NCBI GenBank assembly: GCA_963796685.1
Contig: CAWCMR010000023.1
Span: forward strand, 1 to 25,303
Direction of reading: 5' to 3'
Length of the DNA: 25,303 nucleotides
From: an uncultured delta proteobacterium
Lineage (GTDB): Bacteria > Myxococcota_A > Polyangia > Fen-1088
The notes under the pieces were generated by a model. It was not told where the DNA came from. It was given only the letters and a program-made list of their open reading frames with translations, and searched no databases. Positions 17,037 to 25,303 of the stretch are shown here, in pieces (position 1 is the first letter of the stretch; each line of letters begins with the position of its first letter). A program made the position numbers and the translations under genes.

Positions 17037-18193
17037 AGGTCCATCTCCTTGCCGAGGTGAATCCCCCAGCGATTGAGTCCACCGAAAACGCCGAGCGGCT
17101 CGTCGAGGTTGAAGAGGACGTCCGCGAAGTACCGGCCGTACCGGGTCTGCAGGGCTGCGCGCAGCACGAAGGCGCTTTGCAGGCGATCGACGCTGGTCTT
17201 GGGCAGGAGCACCGTCTGCAGGCGCGGGCACAGCGCGAAGCTGGCGCCGATGGGCAGGCGCGCCTCGAGCGCGACTTGGCCGAGCACATCGGTTCCACTT
17301 GCGCCGTTGCGCACGCCGATGACGGTCGCGACCGAGCCCTCGGCGGCGAGGGCGAATCCCGTGGCGAAGACATAGTCCACCCGTGCGTTCAATGGCACCG
17401 CCATGCGATCCGGCGCCCACAGCCAAAGGTTCCACATGCCATTCATGGCCATGGTTTGGTTGAATAGGAAGGCATACAGTCGCCCGTTCATCTCGAGGGG
17501 CTGATGCGCGAGCGGCGCCGTGATGCCCACCCCTGCTCGCACGCGCCAGGCCTCGACGCGCGTGCGATAAAGGCCCGACACCATGGGGTTGCCCACCCGC
17601 GCGGTGGATTCGCCGAGGCCCTGGTTGTCCACCAGCCAGCCGAAGCCCCAAGCGACGTCGAGAAGATAGGAAGGGGAGAGCGCGTAGGCGCCTTCGAGCA
17701 AGGGCGAAAGCACCACGGACGTCGAACCGGGCTCGCTTTCGGCAGTCGTGCCCAGCGTAGCCCCATAGGTGAAGCGCGGCGGAGTCGGTGGCACGGACGG
17801 CGCCGGCGAAGCTGGAACCATGGGTGGGTTGTACCCGGGCGCTGGATAGTACCCGGGTGGTGGGTAGTACCCTGGCTGTGGGTAGTACGCGGGTGGTGGG
17901 TAGTAACCGGGTGCTGGGTAGTACCCGGGTGGTGGGTAATACCCTGGCGGCGGATAGTAGGACGGCGGCGGGCCGGCCGGTGACGGGGGTGTCGTGTTTT
18001 GGTCGGGCTGCCGGGTGGCATTGCTCGGTGGCGGCATTGCGGGGCTCGCGGCCGTCGCCGGCTCGCCTTGCGGCTTCCTCTCGGAGGGCTGCGCCCGCGA
18101 TGGACGTGACACGACCAGCGCGAGAAATAGGGCGACCAACCCCGGGCGACTACGCGCCAGACCAGAGGATTCCCGACGAGCGAGTGAGGGCAT
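17033..18193 (-). CDS. Exported protein with Pro/Tyr-rich repeats and a probable outer-membrane beta-barrel C-terminal domain
   Basis: Signal-like LVALFLALVV..SRAQ, about 8 YYPPPG-type repeats, then alternating amphipathic strands ending WGIHLGKEMDL. ATG 18193 is preferred over TTG 18217 because a TG-n-TACACT -10 lies between them. Confidence 0.65.
   Translation of the reverse strand: MPSLARRESSGLARSRPGLVALFLALVVSRPSRAQPSERKPQGEPATAASPAMPPPSNATRQPDQNTTPPSPAGPPPSYYPPPGYYPPPGYYPAPGYYPPPAYYPQPGYYPPPGYYPAPGYNPPMVPASPAPSVPPTPPRFTYGATLGTTAESEPGSTSVVLSPLLEGAYALSPSYLLDVAWGFGWLVDNQGLGESTARVGNPMVSGLYRTRVEAWRVRAGVGITAPLAHQPLEMNGRLYAFLFNQTMAMNGMWNLWLWAPDRMAVPLNARVDYVFATGFALAAEGSVATVIGVRNGASGTDVLGQVALEARLPIGASFALCPRLQTVLLPKTSVDRLQSAFVLRAALQTRYGRYFADVLFNLDEPLGVFGGLNRWGIHLGKEMDL
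17822..17959 (-). repeat. 18-bp coding tandem repeat (YYPPPG hexapeptide, about 8 copies)
   Basis: Translates as YYPPPG YYPPPG YYPAPG YYPPPA YYPQPG YYPPPG YYPAPG YNPP. Confidence 0.9.
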
Positions 18194-18262
18194 GGGTGGC
18201 TGAAGTGTATCAGCCAACGGGTGTTCTGCGAAGCGTCGCGGTTGCCGGTGTGGCCGGCCGGG

Positions 18263-19830
18263 CTACGACTGCACCGAAACCCTGGCCGCGCGAATCAGCG
18301 GCAGCTCAAGGGCATCGCGCAGGGCTTCGCAGCTCGCCTCGATCATGTTCTGCGACACCCCGATGGTGCTCCAGCTCTCGCCGTGCATGCGCGACTCGAC
18401 GAGCACGCGGGTCTTGGCCGCGGTGGCCGCCTCGGGATCGAGGATGCGCACCTTGAAGTCGGTCAAGTGGACCTCGCGCAGCAGCGGGAAGTGCGGGTCC
18501 AGCGCCTTGTGAAAGGCGTGATCCATGGCGTCCACCGGGCCGGCGCCTTCAGCGACCACGTGGGAAACCTCGTCGCCGACCTTCAGCTTGACCGTGGCCT
18601 CCACGAACATGTTGCTTCCCTGTCGCTGCTCGGAGATCACCACCAGGTCCAGCACCTCGAAGGGCTCGGCGTAGCCGGGCTGCGCGCGGCGGACCATCAG
18701 CTCGAACGAGCCCTCGGCCGCCTCGAACTGGTAACCCTGGTTTTCGAGCTCTTTCACGCGCGCGAGCAAGGCGGGCTCGTAGCCGCGCATGTCCACGCCC
18801 AGATCGCGCGACACCATGCGCACGTTGCCCCGACCGGAGAGCTCGGACACCACGACCTTGCGCTGGTTGCCGACGGATTCTGGGGTGACGTGCTCGTAGG
18901 AGGCGGCCAGCTTTTCCACCGCGGCCACGTGGGCGCCGCCCTTGTGGGCGAAGGCGGACGCGCCGACGTAGGGCGCGTGGGCGCGCGGGCGGATGTTGGC
19001 CAGCTCGCTGGCCGTGCGCGACAGCTCGGTCAGGCGCTTGAGGTTACCCTCGGGGACGCAGGTGTGGCCCATCTTGAGCTGCAGGGCCGGGATCACCGAG
19101 ATGAGGTTCGCGTTGCCACAGCGTTCGCCCCAGCCGTTGAGCGTGCCTTGCACCATGGTGGCGCCGGCCTCGACCGCGGCCAGGGCATTCGCGACTGCCA
19201 TGTCGCCGTCGTTGTGGGTGTGGATGCCGATGGCGGTCTTGGTGACCTTCTTCAACTCGCGGATAGCCTCGGCGATGAAGCTGGGCAGGCTGCCACCGTT
19301 GGTGTCGCACAAGGCAAGCCAGTCCGCGCCGGCGTCGGCCGCCGCGCGCGCGGCCGCCAGCGCGTACTCGCGGTCGGCGCGGAACCCGTCGAAGAAGTGC
19401 TCGGCGTCGAAGATGACCTCCTTGCCGTTCTTCTTGAGAAAAGCCACGCTGTCGGCAATCATGGCCAGGTTGTTCTCGGCCGTGGTGCCGAGCACGTGGG
19501 TTACGTGCAAAAGCCAGGTCTTGCCGAAGATGGACACCGCCGGCGTGCCGGCCGCCACCAGGGCTTGCATGTTCTCGTCGTCGGCCGCCGCCTTTTTCGC
19601 GTGGCGCGTACTGCCGAAGGCGGTCAGCTTGGCCTGCTTGAGGCCGAGCTGGGCGCGCGGCGAAAGAACTCCACGTCCTTGGGATTCGAGCCCGGATAGC
19701 CGCCCTCGACGTAGTGGATGCCGAAGCCGTCGAGCAGCCGGGCGATCTTGATCTTGTCCTCGACCGAGAGGGAGAGCCCCTCGCTTTGGGTTCCGTCCCG
19801 AAGCGTCGTATCGAAGAGTGCGATCTGCAT
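18263..19830 (-). CDS. cimA: Citramalate synthase (one frameshift near 19650, probably a sequencing error)
   Basis: [13 protein letters not shown] and [11 protein letters not shown], then in the shifted frame [49 protein letters not shown] and [12 protein letters not shown], plus the C-terminal regulatory domain. Confidence 0.93.
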
Positions 19831-19906
19831 GATGGTGCCCAGCTTTCTTGGTTGAGCCGTGCAATCTACAAAATCGCGGGCGTCGGCGCAAAGACTGCCT
19901 CTGCCG

Positions 19907-21247
<1,341 letters not shown>

Positions 21248-21305
21248 GGTCGCAACATAGCATCAGCGCGAGCCCGGATGGGAGCCCGAAGAGGACCGGA
21301 ATTGG

Positions 21306-22160
21306 CTAGGGCTGAACCCGGCAACTGCCGAGATTGGTCTCGCCACCCAAGGCCGAGCAGATCGTTCCGCCGGTGCTCGCTCCCGAGCAACTTGGCGTTC
21401 CTCCGTCCGCGGTCGAACAGAAGGCCGAGCAGGTGCCCGTCGAGCCGACGGTCAGGCAGGTGCTGCCTTGGGTGCAATCGTTGGCATTGACGCAGGTCTC
21501 GCCAGGCTGCGCAGATCCGATCGGCGCGCAAACCGCGCCCTTGATGCCGTAGTAGCAAGCTTGGTCCGATGGACAGCCGGTCTGTTCGAGCGGCTGGCAC
21601 GATGTGGTGGGTTGGCAGAAAGCAAGCCCGTTCAGCCCGCTGACCACCAGGCTGCAGGTTTCGCTTCCCGGACAAGCATTGGCATTGCCGGTGGTCGGGC
21701 AGATGCGGTGGCAGGTATAGATGGGATCGGGGTTCACCCTGAAACAAGCCAACAGGTCGCCGCAATCGTCGCCGGTTTGCGTGCCTCCGGTCGAGTCGGG
21801 GGTGCACGTATCTCCCTCGTTCTTGCTGCCCTTGCTTCCGCAGCTCAGGTTCAGCTCGTTTTCATTTTGCAGGGCCGTGCATTTCTGGCCACCCGAACAA
21901 CCCGAGCCCGTGAACGGATCGCACGGGCCATAGGACGCGTCGGAAGCGGCCCCGTCATTCTTGCCACCGGAGCCGTCCTTGCCACCCGTCGGCGATCCGG
22001 CGTCGCCAGTCCCGCTGTCGGTGCCTGCGGCCGGGACGCCGACCTTCGCGCTCGCACATGCAAGGACCTGTGGCCCAAACGCGGCGAGCAGGACGAAGCA
22101 GAGGCGCTTGGCCCTGCTGTCGAGCATCACGGTGTCTGCGCGCAATCGGCGGATCGGCAT
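21306..22160 (-). CDS. Cys-rich lipoprotein of myxobacterial type
   Basis: AAGGAAG upstream of ATG 22160 (alternative start 22127), lipobox VLAC, Gly/Asp linker, then a duplicated module CDPFTGSGCSGGQKC..G..C / CQPLEQTGCPSDQAC..GETC...C..FC. Confidence 0.75.
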   Translation of the reverse strand: MPIRRLRADTVMLDSRAKRLCFVLLAAFGPQVLACASAKVGVPAAGTDSGTGDAGSPTGGKDGSGGKNDGAASDASYGPCDPFTGSGCSGGQKCTALQNENELNLSCGSKGSKNEGDTCTPDSTGGTQTGDDCGDLLACFRVNPDPIYTCHRICPTTGNANACPGSETCSLVVSGLNGLAFCQPTTSCQPLEQTGCPSDQACYYGIKGAVCAPIGSAQPGETCVNANDCTQGSTCLTVGSTGTCSAFCSTADGGTPSCSGASTGGTICSALGGETNLGSCRVQP

Positions 22161-22440
22161 GGGTACTTCCTTTCTTGCCTGTCCCTTGCCGCGTCGAGTT
22201 TGTCCGAACTTGGCGGCAATTGCACGCGAATTGCTCCGCCCTTTCCTGTGGGCCCCAGGCAAGTCGCGAGGGGGCGGCCAAGCCCGGCGGACCTTTGCCC
22301 CCCGAGCGGGCGACCTTGGTCGCGACGGCGGGCGAATGGCGAGCGAAGGTGTCCGATTTATATCCACATGTGATTGCAGTGGCAAAATAGCCGATGCTGG
22401 ATACAATAAGGAAAAAGGACTCCGCAATTCTGAAATAATC

Positions 22441-22536
22441 TGCCTGCAGACGAAGACCTCTGCCATGCCGAGTACCATCACGAGCGGCGACTGCAATAGT
22501 TGCCACGACTCGAGCACGCGGATCCACCTGCCCTAG
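22441..22536 (+). pseudogene. Orphan C-terminal fragment of a small c-type cytochrome-like gene
   Basis: TKTSAMPSTITSGDCNSCHDSSTRIHLP* has a CxxCH motif and GC-rich codon usage, but is preceded by AT-rich sequence with no credible start or signal peptide. Confidence 0.5.
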
Positions 22537-22591
22537 CCTGGCAGGGTTGGTCCCAGCCCAAATCTCTCCTCGAAGCAGTCAGTGCCCGGTG

Positions 22592-22631
22592 AGCCGTGGG
22601 TTGCATGGATGACCCCATGCAGCCCACGGCT
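22592..22631. other. 17-bp stem-loop (terminator or REP-like)
   Basis: AGCCGTGGGTTGCATGG-atgacc-CCATGCAGCCCACGGCT with one G.T pair; weak pyrimidine tail. Confidence 0.65.
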
Positions 22632-22678
22632 TCCCCTTGTCGTCCATCGGCTTTGCGGTTCGTGTTATCGTCTTGGTC

Positions 22679-23236
22679 ATGCCAAACGAGACGAATCCAT
22701 ACGCGGCGCCACGGGCGGATGTGAACGCCGGGGTCGGTGGTTCGTATGCCGCGCGCGGCGAGTATTGGCGTTCGGGCCAGATTCTCATGACCCGTGATGG
22801 CGCGAGGCTGCCGGCCCGCTGCGTGAAATGCAACGGCGAGGTGCAAGAGTCCCTGAAGAAGCAACGATTCTATTGGCACCATCAGGCATGGTTCGTGCTG
22901 TTGCTCGCCAACGTCTTCATCTACCTGGTGGTCTCCATGATCGTGCGGCGCCATGCCGACCTCACCTTCGGCCTCTGCCCGAACCACAGGCGTAGACGTA
23001 GGCGCGCCATTCTCACGGGCGTTGCAGGGATGTTCCTTTCCCTGGTCCTGGTCTTTGTCGCAATCGCCCTCGACATGGTCGTCCTGAGCCTTTTCGCATT
23101 TCTCGCCATCGTGGTTTTCATCGTGGTCGCCATCGTCAAGGGCCGCGCCCTGCTGCCCGTGCGCATCGACAAGAGCGGCATCGCCCAGTTCAAGGGTTGC
23201 GGGGAGTCCTTCCTGGCGAGCTTGCCCACCTCTTAG
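22679..23236 (+). CDS. Membrane protein with N-terminal NPYAAP motif and putative Zn site
   Basis: MPNETNPYAAPRA, LPARCVKCN, a hydrophobic segment, LCPNH, a poly-Arg run, two more TM segments and a KGCGESFLASLP end. Confidence 0.75.
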   Translation: MPNETNPYAAPRADVNAGVGGSYAARGEYWRSGQILMTRDGARLPARCVKCNGEVQESLKKQRFYWHHQAWFVLLLANVFIYLVVSMIVRRHADLTFGLCPNHRRRRRRAILTGVAGMFLSLVLVFVAIALDMVVLSLFAFLAIVVFIVVAIVKGRALLPVRIDKSGIAQFKGCGESFLASLPTS

Positions 23237-23299
23237 GAACTCGGCGCTTGGCTTTCCTTCGCCCCGCGTGATAGGCAATCGAGATTTCGAGGTATTTGT

Positions 23300-24611
23300 T
23301 TGAACCACCCAGAGCCAATACCGGCCCGCAGCGTCGTCATTTTCGGCGGTGGTTTGACCGGAATTTCCGCCGCCCTTCACTTGCGCCAGCCATGGGTGCT
23401 GTTCGAGCGCGAGCGCAACCTTGGCCGTTGGCCGTCACCCGCGAACGCGAGGGTTACCGCTTCGACCGGACCGGCCACTGGTTGCACCTGCGCGACGCGG
23501 GTATGAAGAAGCTGGTGGCCGAGGTCCTGCCCGACAAAATCGTAGAAGTGAGCGCAAGGCGCGCATCTTCTCGCATGGCGCCACCACGCTCTATCCCTTC
23601 CAGGCGAATCTCTACGGGCTGCCGCCCGAGGTGGTCAAGGAGTGCTGCTCGGCGTGATCGAAGCCAAGCTGCAGCCGCCCGGCGCCAGCGGGCCCAAGAA
23701 CTTCGAGGAGTACTGCTTGCGCCACTTCGGAGCCGGCATCTCCAAGCACTTCATGATTCCCTACAACGAAAGGTTGTGGGGCGTGCCGCCGCGGAGAATC
23801 ACCGCCGCGTGTGGCCTCGCTGTACCCTTGCCCAACCTGGAACAGGTGGTGGCGGGCGCCGTGGGCGCGAACGCAGGCGCTTTGGGTTACAACGCCACCT
23901 TCATGTATCCCAAGCAGGGCGGCATCCAGACTTTCGCCGCCGCGTCGCTGCGCGCCTGGATCCGACCCGTGTGCGCACCTCAGCCAGCCTCGACACCCTG
24001 GATTTCCAGCGCGCGAGCTCGTCGTGGGCGGCGAGCGCGTGCCTTACTCCGCGGTGGTGGCGACCTTGCCCCTGCCCGAGCTGCTCAACGCAGTCCGGGT
24101 GCCCAAGGATATCGAGGAGCACGCCAGCCGGTTGCGCTGCACCACCCTTCGCTATCTGGATCTGGCAACCCGTTCGAAACCGCCAGCGGACTGGCATTGG
24201 GTGTACGTGCCGAGAAGCGCTACCCATTCTACCGCGTGGGCATATTCAGCAACGCCATGTCCAGCATGGCGCCGCCCGGCGGCGGCTCCTTCTACGTCGA
24301 GCTGGCCGATCGGGTCCGGTCGGCGAGGCCAGTGTACGTGAATCGGCCCAGGGGCTTTTCGCCATGGGGGCCATCGCCTCCCCCGACGACGTGCTGTTCG
24401 CCGACGCGCGCGAGATTGATTACGCCTACGTGGTCTTCGACGACCACTACTACGCCGCCACCAGCGCCATCTTCGCGTTTCTCGAATCCCACGCCATTAT
24501 CCGCGCGGCCGCTATGGCTCGTGGACCTACAACGCGATGGAGGACTGCCTCATCGCCGGCCGCGAGGTCGCCGCCACCATCGCAGCCAAGATCGGAGAAT
24601 CCCAGCCGTGA
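23300..24611 (+). CDS. FAD-dependent oxidoreductase (protoporphyrinogen oxidase-like/UDP-galactopyranose mutase-like); multiple frameshifts
   Basis: Motifs in successive frames: VVIFGGGLTGISAA, GYRFDRTGHWLH, YPFQANLYGLP, FMIPYNERLW, FMYPKQGG, PFYRVG, YAYVVFD and RYGSWTYNAMEDC. The stop overlaps the next GTG. Confidence 0.8.
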
Positions 24612-25303
24612 GCCAAGCCGACGCCAATCCGAACCCCAACGTTTCCATCGTCGTCCCATCTACAACGAGGAAGGAATCCTCCGTGGCTCGGTCCTGGAAT
24701 TGCGTGAAAAGCTGCGGCCCTTCGGCTTCAGCTACGAGCTGCTTCTGTGCGAGAACGGCTCGCGCGACCGCACCGTCGAGATCGGCAAGGAGCTGGAAGC
24801 GGAGTATCCGGTGGTGCGCATGCTCTCCGTCGGCCAGCCCAACTACGGCCTGGCCATGAAGACCGGCATCCTGGAAGCGCGGGGCAGGATCGCCATCTGC
24901 GACGAGATCGATTTGTGCGACACGGAGTTCTACGCGCGCGCCCTGGCCCTGCTCGAACGCACCGACACCGAGTTCGTGGTCGGCTCGAAGGCCATGGTGG
25001 GCTCAACGATCAGCGGCCCATGGTGCGCCGGCTGGGGACGCAGGTCTGCAACGGCTTTTTGCGCGCCGTCTGCCACTACCGCGGGACCGACACGCACGGG
25101 CTCAAGGCCTTCAAGCGCGACGCGCTGCTCGAAACCGCCAAGCGCTGTGTGCTCGACCGCGACGTCTTCGCCAGCGAGTTCGTGGTCCGTCCACCGCGAA
25201 AAGGAGGAAGGATGATGGAGGGAATTCCCTTTGCCGTGCACGAGAAGCGGCCGCCCTCGAATCAACCTGCTCAAGCGCGTGCCCCACGTGCTCAAGAGCG
25301 TGG
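24608..25303 (+). CDS. GT2 glycosyltransferase (polyprenol-phosphate glycosyltransferase/DPM1-like); frameshifted, runs off the window
   Basis: VSIVVP/IYNEEGIL, CENGSRDRT, NYGLAMKTG, DEID, VVGSK, then DTHGLKAF and DVFASE in another frame. Confidence 0.85.

Noticed and set aside
15786-17651. 621-aa version of the HExxH protein, and the extended starts at 3545, 8941, 15429 and 22517
   Set aside because: The extensions overlap other genes or intergenic DNA; signal peptides, RBS and ATGA overlaps define the shorter starts.
19640-19670. Programmed frameshift in cimA
   Set aside because: No slippery heptamer seen, and similar indels occur throughout the window, so error is more parsimonious.

Overview
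High-GC bacterial DNA that looks like Myxococcota (Polyangia-like), judged from Gly/Cys-rich lipoproteins, MopE-type repeats and an MtrC/OmcA cytochrome. Many single-base frameshifts, even in cimA, suggest uncorrected long-read indels. Left to right: a hicB remnant; an isolated single-chain TssB-TssC (T6SS sheath) gene; six 87-bp tandem units each holding three hairpins; a sigma54-type promoter and two coupled lipoprotein genes; enoyl-CoA hydratase; HAD hydrolase; a degenerate GGDEF protein with an intact I-site; a 163-bp MITE; a GxxExxY remnant bracketed by inverted repeats; a large Cys-rich MopE-repeat/FGE-sulfatase-domain lipoprotein; a stand-alone PAS protein; a decaheme MtrC/OmcA lipoprotein without mtrAB; an HExxH lipoprotein coupled to a Pro/Tyr-repeat putative outer-membrane protein; cimA; thrC; a Cys-rich lipoprotein; a CxxCH gene remnant; a membrane protein; an FAD oxidoreductase and a GT2 glycosyltransferase. 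The best candidates for undescribed biology are the TssBC fusion with its triple-hairpin array, the small hairpin-bounded elements, and a recurrent D-[GAS]-[GA] motif in unrelated lipoproteins. All family calls are from motif recognition by eye; no searches were run.
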